Counted from the first letter of the stretch, positions 10,586 to 20,464 are shown. The stretch is 64,000 nucleotides of DNA from a virus (IMGVR_UViG_3300029288_000128:26152-90151), one strand, 5' to 3'. The notes: generated by a model from the letters alone, not told the origin. Made by a program: numbers and translations.

Positions 10586-10783
10586 ATGTCAAACAAAACA
10601 AAAACAGAACTTGAAGAAGAAATAAAGATGCGCAATTGCCAGGAAAAACAACGTGCGATATCTAATTCAAGTTATGCTAGCAAAAAAGAATTTACTTTTA
10701 TACAAAAGATAGTTTTTTCAATGATCGCTATGATATTAATGGCGGTACTCGGAGCCATAATTAATTTAGTAGTAATAAAATAA
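10586..10783 (+). CDS. small membrane protein
   Basis: 65 aa with a C-terminal hydrophobic helix. Confidence 0.3.
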   Translation: MSNKTKTELEEEIKMRNCQEKQRAISNSSYASKKEFTFIQKIVFSMIAMILMAVLGAIINLVVIK

Positions 10784-10784
10784 T

Positions 10785-11246
10785 ATGACAAAGATCAGCA
10801 ATTCTATTTTAAATTGTTTTATGATTATTTCAACAATTATAATTATATTGGGTGTAGCATTTTTAATCTTTACATATTTTATAGATGGTATTTATTATCA
10901 ACCACCATTAACATCTTATGATACTATAGTATCAACGGATAAAAAAACTTATAAAGTAGGAGAGAGTGTTTATGTGACTGGTAATTATTGTTTTGGCAGA
11001 GACAGAGACAACGCTGTTATTAAAGGATGGACATTTGTTGATGGTTTAATTTATTCAGTACCTAATTTCACAAGCTATATTGCTTATAAAAAAGGTTGCC
11101 AAACGATCACAGCTTATGTAACGGATATTCCCAAGGCATTACCTTTAGGAATTTATCATCTTGAAGGAACATTAACTTACGAAGTAAATAAAGCAAGGAC
11201 AATGGTTTATCCAAGAAAAACTAATACATTTGAAATAATAAAATAA
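10785..11246 (+). CDS. membrane-anchored hypothetical protein
   Basis: N-terminal TM helix. Confidence 0.3.
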   Translation: MTKISNSILNCFMIISTIIIILGVAFLIFTYFIDGIYYQPPLTSYDTIVSTDKKTYKVGESVYVTGNYCFGRDRDNAVIKGWTFVDGLIYSVPNFTSYIAYKKGCQTITAYVTDIPKALPLGIYHLEGTLTYEVNKARTMVYPRKTNTFEIIK

Positions 11247-11250
11247 TTAT

Positions 11251-14205
11251 ATGGCAGATAAAAAAATATCAGAATTAGTTGAAGCAACCTCGCCAGCTGA
11301 TACTGATTTATTAGTAACAGTACAAGGCATAGGTGTTTCTCCGTCGTCTAAAAATATAACATGGACGACTGTTAAGGCATTTCTTAAAACGTACTTAGAT
11401 ACTTTGTATGTTAAGGTTGTCGGAGGAAGTAGTATTACTGTAGCTAATTCTGGCAACGTAGACGGACTTACTATTAATCAAAACGATGTAACTAATAATA
11501 AGATAGGTGCTACCATAGTAAACGCAGGTACAGGTAATGGTTTATATGTAGACCAAAACGGAAATGGTATTGCTTTAAACATAGACTCTGAAGCCACTAC
11601 AGCCAACGGTGTAGTAATAGACGCCTCAGTAATGACCTCTGGCACAGCCCTAACCGTAGACGTTGATAGCGATTTACTAACAGGAAAAGCTATTAAAGTT
11701 CTTGGTTCAACCGACCATAATACAGAAGTCTTTTCAGTAGACGCACTTGGTAATGTTAAAGGGAACAACATAGACGGAGTTCCTACCGACCTTAAAATCT
11801 CCACCGCTTCTAAAGGGGGAGTATTAAGAAACATAGACGGAGCAGTAGGGGATACGGCAATAACTGCTGACGGTTGGATTGAAGATGAAAAATTTGGATT
11901 TTTTGCTCAAGAAAAAACGACAGCTACTTCGGTTGAATTTGATAGTGCTATAACAAGGACAGGAAGATTAACACTAAAAGTATCTACTTTAGACACATCT
12001 GGAAGATGTTTAGTAGTATCTGGTTATACAACAGAGCCACCAGCTACAGCCAGTATCCCAATAATAAGTAAATATGGAACGCCATTAAAACCATCTACAA
12101 CCTATAAATTAAATTGTTATGTAAAAACAAATAATGTAGTTCAAGCAACGATTCAAGTTAACACTTATGATAATGCTGGTTCAAGAACTTTAGCTAATTC
12201 TAATATTTTAACAGGAACAAATGATTGGACTCTTGTAACAAAAACATTTACTACAAGTGCTACTGAAATTTATGGTGCTTTTACATTTTTTAATGGAACA
12301 GCTGGCAACATCTCTGACGCTTGGTTTGATGTTAATTCAATGACCCTTGAAGAAGTAGTAACTAACACCACCTTTACTGGTAAGGTAGCAGAAAAGATAA
12401 GACCAGTATTACAGGCTGTTACTTCAACTGATAACATTGACCAGTCTTTAGACCCGACAGGTGCTTATGCTAATACCTATGCCCTTACAAACGCAGTTAA
12501 TGAGGGAGCAACGCATATTCAGACCTTTACTCCGACTAAAAAATACACTACAAGAATAGGTGTTTGGATAGTTGAAGCTGGGACTGGGGTTGATTGGACT
12601 TTAGTGGTTCATACTGCCGCTAATGTAATAGTGGCTTCTAAAACTATTGCCGCTGCTTCTTTAGTAGAGGGTGCGTTTAATTACTTTGATGTGCCTAATA
12701 TTTGGGGTGCTGGTGCTTTACATTTTCATTTATACGCTTCAGCAACGACAGGAACACCGACTTGTAAAGCTAATACTTCAGACGATTTAGAAACCGCTTC
12801 TTATATTCAGAACTACGCCAAAAAATCAGAGAACTTTACTGTTATCGCTAACGGAATTAAGACTGACTTAAAAGCAGATAAAGACGGACTACTTTCTAAT
12901 GCTATTATTGATTTAGATAATGGGAAGTATAGGTATAATATAGCCTTTTCTGGAAACAATTTCCTTAATTGTTTAGATTTTTATTCAATAAAAACACAAA
13001 ATTTAGTTGGTGCTATCAATCAAGGTGGTGGTGGGAATGGTATCCCGATGACCAATGCTAACGACTATCTAATCTTGAAAGTAAATACAATTTTACCGAT
13101 TAAACATCTTAAAATAAAGCCTACTTCTGCTGGAGTATCCGGGGCAGAAGAAATCAAGTTTTATATTTCGGCTGATAATATTACCTATATTGAAGTAGCC
13201 GCCACGGTCGGAGCTAATATATCGCCAGTGATAGAAACCGACATATTTAATGGGAAAAATGTATTTTATGTCAAGGCCGCTGGATTTGTTTCTGGCGCGG
13301 TTTATTGGCAACAGATGTTGGTTGAGGCCGATCTCGATACCTCCGCTATCCCTCAAGGACTATTCTATCCTATTGGAGTTAATCAATTCGCTGAAACTTG
13401 GAAAGCTACTGGAACGGTTCTTTCTTATGTTTATCGCCAAGCTAAATACACTAACGAGAACGGAGTAGTAATGCCTGCTATTGAATTAAATAGTGGAGCA
13501 ACTGGAGCTGGTTCAGCTCTTGGCTACCTACCGCTTAAATTAGATAACTCACAAGAAACTACCCCAGCGATTACAATTCTTGCTTCGTCGGGTGTGGCTT
13601 CTGATACAGCTTTAGACGCTGACGGAGAATATGTCGCTTTATCAAGCGGAGCAACAGAAGGGTCGGTAAATTACCAAGTAACGATTACTAAAAACACTTT
13701 CTATTTATCTTCTAATGCTGAAAGTGTAGACTCAACCCAAGACCCCTCACATCAAGGAAACTTCATTGTCGGAGTAAGACAGCAAGGTTTAACAGAAAGA
13801 GTTAAAGATATAAGTTCTGAATTAGAAGATGTCAAAAATGGCGTTGTTAAAACTTTTTTATGGAGAGATTGGACACCTGTTTTGACATGGACTACTGGAA
13901 CGCCTGAGGGGAGTGTTGTTACTAAGGCAAGATACAAAATACTTGACGGTATTTGTTATTTTGCATTTTATTATTCAGCCACTGATGGCAATGGTGCGAC
14001 TGCGTTAACTATTTCACTCCCTGCTATGCCAAAAGATAATGATAGTCTGACTGCTTTATGCTCACAAGAATTATCCGATACTACTTGGAGCAATCCATTA
14101 GCGTATATCGATGATGGTGGTTCAACCATAGTGTTTAGAAGTTTAACTACGATAGCAGATACAAAAGCTGTAAAAGTTTTAGTTAGTGGATTTTATGAAA
14201 TATAA
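11251..14205 (+). CDS. large tail fiber / receptor-binding protein candidate
   Basis: 984 aa with Thr/Gly/Ala/Ser/Asn-rich beta segments, in the tail module. Confidence 0.4.
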   Translation: MADKKISELVEATSPADTDLLVTVQGIGVSPSSKNITWTTVKAFLKTYLDTLYVKVVGGSSITVANSGNVDGLTINQNDVTNNKIGATIVNAGTGNGLYVDQNGNGIALNIDSEATTANGVVIDASVMTSGTALTVDVDSDLLTGKAIKVLGSTDHNTEVFSVDALGNVKGNNIDGVPTDLKISTASKGGVLRNIDGAVGDTAITADGWIEDEKFGFFAQEKTTATSVEFDSAITRTGRLTLKVSTLDTSGRCLVVSGYTTEPPATASIPIISKYGTPLKPSTTYKLNCYVKTNNVVQATIQVNTYDNAGSRTLANSNILTGTNDWTLVTKTFTTSATEIYGAFTFFNGTAGNISDAWFDVNSMTLEEVVTNTTFTGKVAEKIRPVLQAVTSTDNIDQSLDPTGAYANTYALTNAVNEGATHIQTFTPTKKYTTRIGVWIVEAGTGVDWTLVVHTAANVIVASKTIAAASLVEGAFNYFDVPNIWGAGALHFHLYASATTGTPTCKANTSDDLETASYIQNYAKKSENFTVIANGIKTDLKADKDGLLSNAIIDLDNGKYRYNIAFSGNNFLNCLDFYSIKTQNLVGAINQGGGGNGIPMTNANDYLILKVNTILPIKHLKIKPTSAGVSGAEEIKFYISADNITYIEVAATVGANISPVIETDIFNGKNVFYVKAAGFVSGAVYWQQMLVEADLDTSAIPQGLFYPIGVNQFAETWKATGTVLSYVYRQAKYTNENGVVMPAIELNSGATGAGSALGYLPLKLDNSQETTPAITILASSGVASDTALDADGEYVALSSGATEGSVNYQVTITKNTFYLSSNAESVDSTQDPSHQGNFIVGVRQQGLTERVKDISSELEDVKNGVVKTFLWRDWTPVLTWTTGTPEGSVVTKARYKILDGICYFAFYYSATDGNGATALTISLPAMPKDNDSLTALCSQELSDTTWSNPLAYIDDGGSTIVFRSLTTIADTKAVKVLVSGFYEI

Positions 14206-14246
14206 TATGTGTGAAATCGTAGAATTATAATATTAATTTAAACCAA

Positions 14247-14723
14247 ATGGCTACATATTATAAAATACAACTAGAAGATGGTGGCTATTTGCTGCAAGAA
14301 ATAGGAGATGAAATACTTTTAGAAAATATTTTTGAAGATACTGGGCAATTTACAGCGAATTCTGCAATAATGACATTGCATATTTCTTCATACACCGGAG
14401 ATGCCAGTTTAAAAGGAATTGTTTCTACTACATATGATGGAGATTCTAGTCTAATGAAGACAGTAGAAGAAATAATGTTGTCAGATTCTAATCTTAAGAT
14501 AGAAATAAATGAAGTATACACTGGTAATACAAACCTTCTAATAACAGTTAATGATTCTTTCACAGGTAATGCAAGTCTACTGAAAATAATTAATGATACT
14601 TATACTGGAAACGCATCGTTCCCGTCAACATCTACAATAGCCGGAACAGCAACATTGAGAACAATTAAATATGGTTCTCCAAGCGCTTCATCCGGAGGAT
14701 CGCAGTCATCAAGATTAATATAA
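14247..14723 (+). CDS. repeat protein (7 tandem about-14-aa TYTG(D/N)ASL units)
   Basis: SYTGDASLKG, TYDGDSSLMK, VYTGNTNLLI, SFTGNASLLK, TYTGNASF; paralog of the 8712-9425 product. Confidence 0.4.
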   Translation: MATYYKIQLEDGGYLLQEIGDEILLENIFEDTGQFTANSAIMTLHISSYTGDASLKGIVSTTYDGDSSLMKTVEEIMLSDSNLKIEINEVYTGNTNLLITVNDSFTGNASLLKIINDTYTGNASFPSTSTIAGTATLRTIKYGSPSASSGGSQSSRLI

Positions 14724-14730
14724 TAAACAT

Positions 14731-15039
14731 ATGCAGGAATTAATAAAATCTTTTGCAGTTGATAGCGCTATCTATTTTGAATGCGAATACCGTGATCAAG
14801 ATGGAGTTCTTGCTGACCCTGTGAGTCCTACGTGGCGAATAAAGAATGGTGTTGGTACTATCGTCGATAGCAACCTGATCTCAGGTGGGCCGTACAAACG
14901 CACTACAGGATGTTGGTACATACTATGGACACCTACATTGGTAGGAGATTACAGCCTTGAGTTCGACGGCACAATAGACACCTATGCTATTAAAGTAAGA
15001 CGACCTTTAAAGGTTGTCAACGATATAACACATTACTAA
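14731..15039 (+). CDS. hypothetical protein
   Basis: ORF. Confidence 0.3.
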   Translation: MQELIKSFAVDSAIYFECEYRDQDGVLADPVSPTWRIKNGVGTIVDSNLISGGPYKRTTGCWYILWTPTLVGDYSLEFDGTIDTYAIKVRRPLKVVNDITHY

Positions 15040-15046
15040 ATTATTT

Positions 15047-15523
15047 ATGCCATCAGGAATATACAAAAGATTAGTTTCAAGAAATTGGACTATTTCCAAT
15101 GAGGCTAAAGATAAACACCGTAAAGCAATCACTGGTTTACATCGTTCTGAAGAATCCAAATTGAAGAATAGACTATCTCATCTTGGCAAAAAATGTTCTG
15201 ATATAACTAAAGCTAAAATTAGATTAGCTAACACAGGGGATAAACGTTATAATTGGAAAGGCGGGATAACTCCAATTGCTAAACAAATTAGAAACTGTTT
15301 TAAATATCGTCAATGGCGTTCAGACGTTTTTACCAGAGACGATTTCACTTGTCAAAAATGTAATCAACGTGGAGGAAATCTAGAAGCACACCACAAAAAA
15401 CCTTTTGCCAAAATACTTACAGAGTATAAGATTAAAACAGTAGAACAAGCAATAATATGCGAAGAATTATGGAATATAAATAATGGTGAAACGATGTGTT
15501 GTAAATGTCACAAAATGATATAA
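15047..15523 (+). CDS. HNH homing endonuclease
   Basis: CxxC...HH...CxxCH HNH core; N-terminus MPSGIYKR is shared with the 21767-22330 product. Confidence 0.55.
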   Translation: MPSGIYKRLVSRNWTISNEAKDKHRKAITGLHRSEESKLKNRLSHLGKKCSDITKAKIRLANTGDKRYNWKGGITPIAKQIRNCFKYRQWRSDVFTRDDFTCQKCNQRGGNLEAHHKKPFAKILTEYKIKTVEQAIICEELWNINNGETMCCKCHKMI

Positions 15524-15544
15524 CTAAATATTAATAATAAATCT

Positions 15545-15736
15545 ATGGTAATGGAAATTACTAGAGCGATCATCGCGGTTTTATTAATCCTAGGTGCAAT
15601 TGGTAGTATCATCTGGTACCCAACAGCATCTAATATATTGCTAACATTAGCTGGCGTAGTAATAGGTTACTACTTCAAGACTAACGAACAAGCAATAATC
15701 GCCGGGACAAAAAATGTTTTAGGAATTAGAAAATAA
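15545..15736 (+). CDS. small membrane protein
   Basis: 63 aa with two hydrophobic helices. Confidence 0.3.
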   Translation: MVMEITRAIIAVLLILGAIGSIIWYPTASNILLTLAGVVIGYYFKTNEQAIIAGTKNVLGIRK

Positions 15737-15767
15737 AATACTTGGGGTGAATACGTATTCACCTCAA

Positions 15768-15838
15768 AAGTAAGAGCAGTATTAAATAGATCTAAGTGTT
15801 AGTGGTCCGCTTATATCTACGTACTGCTCTTTCTTTTT
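15768..15838 (+). terminator. rho-independent terminator candidate
   Basis: 9-bp stem AGAGCAGTA / TACTGCTCT followed by TTTCTTTTTG; preceded by the perfect 18-bp palindrome GGTGAATACGTATTCACC at 15746-15763. Confidence 0.4.
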
Positions 15839-15866
15839 GCCTACTTGACAATTTTTGTTAGACCCC

Positions 15867-15894
15867 TTGACAAATCCTGCCAGTATGCTATACT
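15867..15894 (+). promoter_or_regulatory. sigma70-like promoter, conserved motif copy 1
   Basis: TTGACA at 15867-15872, 16-nt spacer, TGcTATACT at 15886-15894; ATG at 15903 gives a near-leaderless mRNA. Confidence 0.55.
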
Positions 15895-15902
15895 GGTATC
15901 AT

Positions 15903-16310
15903 ATGAAACTCAATGAGATCACAAATAATTCGAAGACAATAAGGCCACTACATGACATTGTGGCTTTCAAATGGATCAAACCACCTACAACAAAGGGAGG
16001 CATTGTTATGCCTGATAGTGTTTATAGTTGGAGCGATCAACGTATGGGCCATAAATACACATGTGAGGCAATAGTATGTGGGCCAGAATGTCACGAGATA
16101 AAGCCGGGAGATCGATTTATTCTACATGAATATGGTAAAGTAGATCAAAAAGAAAAATGGAATGAAGATGACTTAATGTTCTGCCATGAGGGAGAAATAG
16201 AAGTCAAGGTAGATAAAGACTACGCTGATACCATTCTTGCTGGTGAAATCACACAAGCTATGGAAGATCATTACCGTGATGATAACGATATCCAGGTAGA
16301 ACTTAAATAA
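15903..16310 (+). CDS. GroES / Gp31-like co-chaperonin
   Basis: IRPLHDIVAFKWIKPPTTKGGIVMPDS aligns with the GroES IRPLHDRVLVKR...GGIVLPDS segment. Confidence 0.45.
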   Translation: MKLNEITNNSKTIRPLHDIVAFKWIKPPTTKGGIVMPDSVYSWSDQRMGHKYTCEAIVCGPECHEIKPGDRFILHEYGKVDQKEKWNEDDLMFCHEGEIEVKVDKDYADTILAGEITQAMEDHYRDDNDIQVELK

Positions 16311-16314
16311 ATAT

Positions 16315-16542
16315 ATGACATACAAAGATTTAATGGACTCCGGCAAAGTATTCTCAGCTTTAAGTGAGCAGGAGTCCAAAGTAATCAAGCTCAAATATGG
16401 GTTTGAAGATGGAACATTAAGAAATTCTACAGAAGTTGCTAATGTTCTACAAATTTCAAGAGAAAGAGTAAGACAAATAGAAGTCAGTGCTAAGAATAAA
16501 ATAACAATCATTCTAAGATATGAAGGAAGAAATACAATATAA
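16315..16542 (+). CDS. stand-alone sigma-70 region 4 (HTH) domain protein
   Basis: LSEQESKVIKLKYGFEDGTLRNSTEVANVLQISRERVRQIE matches the sigma region 4.2 consensus (LRFGL.DG..TLEEVG..FGVTRERIRQIE). Confidence 0.5.
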   Translation: MTYKDLMDSGKVFSALSEQESKVIKLKYGFEDGTLRNSTEVANVLQISRERVRQIEVSAKNKITIILRYEGRNTI

Positions 16543-17329
16543 AAGTATTGATGCTATTATCTGTGATTACCTTGATCAAAAAAATAAAAACACAGCCACT
16601 GTGAGAGGTAATGGTTGTTGGCCAGCTAGTAACCTAGGCAAATGCAAGCGTTACCAGTATCTTTGCAGAAAAGGAACACCATCACCTGACAGTAAAAATA
16701 AACAGCCTTATAAATGGAAAAATAATGCTGAAGATGGACACTCATCACACATTTGGAGACAGTCTGCTATCGAAAAGATGGGTGTTTTTACTATAAACGA
16801 ACGCATGGTAGCTGATGTTGCACTTAATTACCGTGGACATTATGATTTAATTGTAAAGTTAGAAGATGGATTGACCTTATGTGATATTAAGAACCAGAAT
16901 AGCGCGGCCTTTAAGCGTAGACAGAAGCTTCCAGGCAAGATACCGCCAGATCATAAGATGCAATTATGCTCCTACTACCATTTCTTAAAGACAAACTATA
17001 ATATTCAATTGGCAAACGCACGCATGTACTATATAAACCGTGATTCTGGTGAACGTGAGGAGATCATAGTGCACTTTGACCAGGAATACATAGAAGAAAT
17101 GCTAGATGAACTTAAGTATTTAAACAAATGTTGGGACAATAACATACTACCTGCTAAAGAAGTGGGGGTAATGTGTAAAAACTTTTGCCAATTCTATGAA
17201 ATATGCACAAAGCTCGGTGATGTTCAAAGAACAATTCCTAGCACAAATGAAAACCAAAGTACTGGCCTGCAAAGACTGCCCGCTGTACCTGAAACGAAAG
17301 TTCCCGGTGATAGGACAGGGAAATCATAG
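16520..17329 (+). CDS. Cas4/RecB-family PD-(D/E)xK nuclease with Fe-S cysteines
   Basis: N-terminal Cys, C-terminal CKNFCQFYEIC, DIK and QLCSYYHF (QxxxY) motifs. Confidence 0.5.
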   Translation: MKEEIQYKSIDAIICDYLDQKNKNTATVRGNGCWPASNLGKCKRYQYLCRKGTPSPDSKNKQPYKWKNNAEDGHSSHIWRQSAIEKMGVFTINERMVADVALNYRGHYDLIVKLEDGLTLCDIKNQNSAAFKRRQKLPGKIPPDHKMQLCSYYHFLKTNYNIQLANARMYYINRDSGEREEIIVHFDQEYIEEMLDELKYLNKCWDNNILPAKEVGVMCKNFCQFYEICTKLGDVQRTIPSTNENQSTGLQRLPAVPETKVPGDRTGKS

Positions 17330-17852
17330 CCCAGTAGTCATGTTTATTGGCGAAGCAGCTGGTGACAAGGAGAATGAGACAGGTATCCCGTTCTCTGGCA
17401 CATCAAAAGCCATGTTTGATAGGGCCATAAACAGCCTTGGCCTGGATAGGAAGGATATTTACTGCACCATACTGTTAAAATGCAAATACGACCACTCCAC
17501 GGCCTCAGAAACGTGCTTTAAACGCTGTTCCCAGTACTTATTCGAGCAGATAGATTTACTACAGCCTAAAATCATCTGTACTATGGGCCATTACCCTACT
17601 AAAATACTGCTAGAGCACTATGAAAACGAGAACTATAAGAAGGATGTCAAGGATATCCATGGAGAATCAATACTTATCAGCCCTATTAGGAAACATAAGA
17701 AGCATAAAGTCAATTATATTCCCAGTTCAAAACTGTACGTTGTCCCAACGTTTTCCACAGCCGAGACCAAGAACTTTCAAATACAAGAGCACATAATGAG
17801 CGACATGAGTATGATAAAAGGACTGCTATCATTGCTTCCAATTTTATTCTAA
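17220..17852 (+). CDS. uracil-DNA glycosylase family 4-like protein
   Basis: CKDCPLY...GQGN...VMFIGEAAG...GIPFSG...LLKC motifs; overlaps the upstream nuclease gene in the +1 frame. Confidence 0.5.
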   Translation: MFKEQFLAQMKTKVLACKDCPLYLKRKFPVIGQGNHSPVVMFIGEAAGDKENETGIPFSGTSKAMFDRAINSLGLDRKDIYCTILLKCKYDHSTASETCFKRCSQYLFEQIDLLQPKIICTMGHYPTKILLEHYENENYKKDVKDIHGESILISPIRKHKKHKVNYIPSSKLYVVPTFSTAETKNFQIQEHIMSDMSMIKGLLSLLPILF

Positions 17853-17898
17853 CTAATATTCGCTTTTATTTCTAGTTGCATAATTAATGCTATACCCC

Positions 17899-17926
17899 TT
17901 GACAAATTCTGTCAGTATGCTATACT
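17899..17926 (+). promoter_or_regulatory. sigma70-like promoter, conserved motif copy 2
   Basis: CCCCTTGACAAATtCTGtCAGTATGCTATACT is nearly identical to copy 1; about 175-nt leader before the 18107 gene. Confidence 0.55.
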
Positions 17927-18106
17927 GATTATAGATTAAGTCGTCCCAATTAGGGGACAAAGGATCGCCCTGAACGCGGATACCGCCAGGTGGTTAACAT
18001 ACTTCCAATTGTGGGAGCCCATGTTGATAGAACCGTGACTAATCCTTGGGCCTAGTCTCTCATGTTAATAATAACTTTATATAAACTAATTTTTAAAACG
18101 AAAACT

Positions 18107-18877
18107 ATGTACGATCGAGAACAATTAAAAAAGTGGGGTGGTGCAGACAGCAATGTCCGTATCAAATACAATCCGCCAATCATCAAATTCAACGGAGCCA
18201 AAGGTAAGTTTACTTTAGTTGAAAAAGATGGAGACAAATATAAAGCCCCGGTAGATCTTCCAGACACATTGGAAGTAACAATTCTTAGACCACGCAGATC
18301 ATGTGGGTGGTACGAAAAGAATGCTAAGGGTGAGAGCATTAATTACTTCACCAGAGAACATAACGGATACTTGGATAAACTTACATTGTTCTGTTCGGAA
18401 AACAATGGCAAAGCCAAAGTTATTGATGAAGGTACAAGTAGTGAGTTGTACGAGAAGTATCAACTGCTTAGAACTTCAGCCAATTTGTACATGTTGTACA
18501 ATGGAGCAGTTCATAAGTTAAAAATCAAAGGTGTTTCCGGTAAAGCATTCAGAGAATACAGAGACAGTTTAGCTAAGGATCAAAAATATCTATTCGATTT
18601 CGCTACACTCTTGACCATTAAAAAAGAAGATGGTGCGGCATTCGACTTCTATTCAGTTGCATTCACAGCAGGTTTTCCTACTGATTTTGAAAAGGTTGGA
18701 CCATTCATTGAAGAAGTCGGTACAGTTATGGATAGAATAGATGAACAGTTTGCAGTCAATGAACTTAATAGACAAAGTTCAGATGTTGATCAAGGCGGAG
18801 GTTATCAAGAACCGATTGTAGATGTTGATGAAGATGAAGCTCCGGAAGAAATAAAAGTAGATAACATTCCTTTCTAG
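18107..18877 (+). CDS. single-stranded DNA-binding protein-like
   Basis: Acidic C-terminal tail DVDEDEAPEE...DNIPF resembles the SSB-Ct DIPF motif. Confidence 0.4.
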   Translation: MYDREQLKKWGGADSNVRIKYNPPIIKFNGAKGKFTLVEKDGDKYKAPVDLPDTLEVTILRPRRSCGWYEKNAKGESINYFTREHNGYLDKLTLFCSENNGKAKVIDEGTSSELYEKYQLLRTSANLYMLYNGAVHKLKIKGVSGKAFREYRDSLAKDQKYLFDFATLLTIKKEDGAAFDFYSVAFTAGFPTDFEKVGPFIEEVGTVMDRIDEQFAVNELNRQSSDVDQGGGYQEPIVDVDEDEAPEEIKVDNIPF

Positions 18878-18878
18878 T

Positions 18879-19460
18879 ATGTCTATGGCATTATCGAAGC
18901 CAACCAAGTTTAATATAGTTGATGAGAAGGCGATGGCTGAAAAGCACATCGCCCTCGTCGACAAACTAAAACATAGTTTGCTAGTCGGGCAAATGGGTTT
19001 TCTCCACGCAGGAAGATTTCTGTACGAGATTCTTAAAAGTGAAACCTATAAATATGAAGATTCTGCAGACGAACAGACCTTCGCAGATTTCTGTGAAAGG
19101 CCTGATATCCCGATACCCGGGCATACCGCGGATTCTCGTAAGCGCATGGCGTATACTTTGATTAAGATCTATGAACAACTCAAGCTTAAATCAAGTATAC
19201 CAGACAATAGACTAGCACCAATTGGATGGAGCAAACTTGGAGTGATCGCCACTCTCACCGAGAAGGATACAACACAAGATGTAGATGAGTGGCTAAGCAA
19301 GGCCGAAGAACTATCGTTCCGAGATCTTGTTAAAGAAGTAGCAACTAAAAACAAAAGTTTATCGCAACTATTAAATTGCAAACATGACAACATCAAACAA
19401 TTCACGGCCTGGAAATGCGATGACTGCAACCAATTCTGGAAGAACGACCCGAATAAATAG
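18879..19460 (+). CDS. hypothetical protein with C-terminal zinc ribbon
   Basis: C-terminal CKHDN...CDDCNQF. Confidence 0.3.
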   Translation: MSMALSKPTKFNIVDEKAMAEKHIALVDKLKHSLLVGQMGFLHAGRFLYEILKSETYKYEDSADEQTFADFCERPDIPIPGHTADSRKRMAYTLIKIYEQLKLKSSIPDNRLAPIGWSKLGVIATLTEKDTTQDVDEWLSKAEELSFRDLVKEVATKNKSLSQLLNCKHDNIKQFTAWKCDDCNQFWKNDPNK

Positions 19461-19573
19461 TATTCTATTTGCCATCGATCTAGGACAGAATAAAATCTGT
19501 ACTAAATGTGGCTTACGTTTATGCGGGTGTGAATCCAGATTGAATAACTTTATTACAAAAGATTCGATAACAT

Positions 19574-19909
19574 ATGCTGAATACCAAAGACAAACAAAAA
19601 GATTATAAAGCAACAATCGCATTCTGGTTGATAACCGATAACGGTAAATCTTATATATGTCCATCATTGATAGCCGAAAAAAGAATCAATAGAATTGAAA
19701 GTATCCCTATCAAAAATGTTTGGGATGGCATAGTGTTAACCTATGAAACATTCTCAGAGGACGCCGTGATGACAATTATCCCAGAGATCTTTGTCATCTC
19801 GGGTGTCCAAGAACAGATTAAAAATTTAAATAGCATCTTAGACATACAACTTGTGAGAGAAAAAATAGAAGAACTAACAAAAAAGTATGTGAAGACGTAT
19901 TCAAAATAA
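19574..19909 (+). CDS. hypothetical protein
   Basis: ORF. Confidence 0.3.
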   Translation: MLNTKDKQKDYKATIAFWLITDNGKSYICPSLIAEKRINRIESIPIKNVWDGIVLTYETFSEDAVMTIIPEIFVISGVQEQIKNLNSILDIQLVREKIEELTKKYVKTYSK

Positions 19910-19910
19910 T

Positions 19911-20120
19911 ATGGCAATGAAAATATTTTGCGATGCTTGTGGAGCTGAGATGCCTAAACCCGGATCTAGAAAAGCTATATCCGATGTTACGGTAGCTAAG
20001 TTCGGAGTCGACGGGCAATATCGCCAAGAGAAAACTACTTACTGCGAGGATTGTACAGAGAAAATACAAAGCACAATCAACTCCTTAAAGACTGGGGTTA
20101 CAATCCTTACTGAGAAATGA
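19911..20120 (+). CDS. small zinc-ribbon protein
   Basis: CDACG...CEDC. Confidence 0.3.
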   Translation: MAMKIFCDACGAEMPKPGSRKAISDVTVAKFGVDGQYRQEKTTYCEDCTEKIQSTINSLKTGVTILTEK

Positions 20121-20464
20121 AAATTGATAGGCACCAAGATGGTAGTATCTTAGTACACAAGACCACCACTCTAGGGCCAACAACATTTATGTCGAATGCC
20201 TCGTCAATGAAAGTAGATAACTACATGTGGGCTGGTAAAGTATCTGAGCTTCCAATGCCAATGGATGAACGAAAAAAGATCAACGAAACAATCCAAAGAC
20301 TTAATGGAATGATAGACATTATCAATGAAATGGCCCAGCAAATACAAGAGATATCAAGAGTTATAGATATTTTAAAACAATCAGAAGCTTTAAGAGCTCT
20401 AGTTAACATAGAAAAACCAACAACGGATAATGCCGGGGGTTCGTATTCAGTTGGAAGAATATGA
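20117..20464 (+). CDS. hypothetical protein
   Basis: ORF. Confidence 0.3.
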   Translation: MKIDRHQDGSILVHKTTTLGPTTFMSNASSMKVDNYMWAGKVSELPMPMDERKKINETIQRLNGMIDIINEMAQQIQEISRVIDILKQSEALRALVNIEKPTTDNAGGSYSVGRI

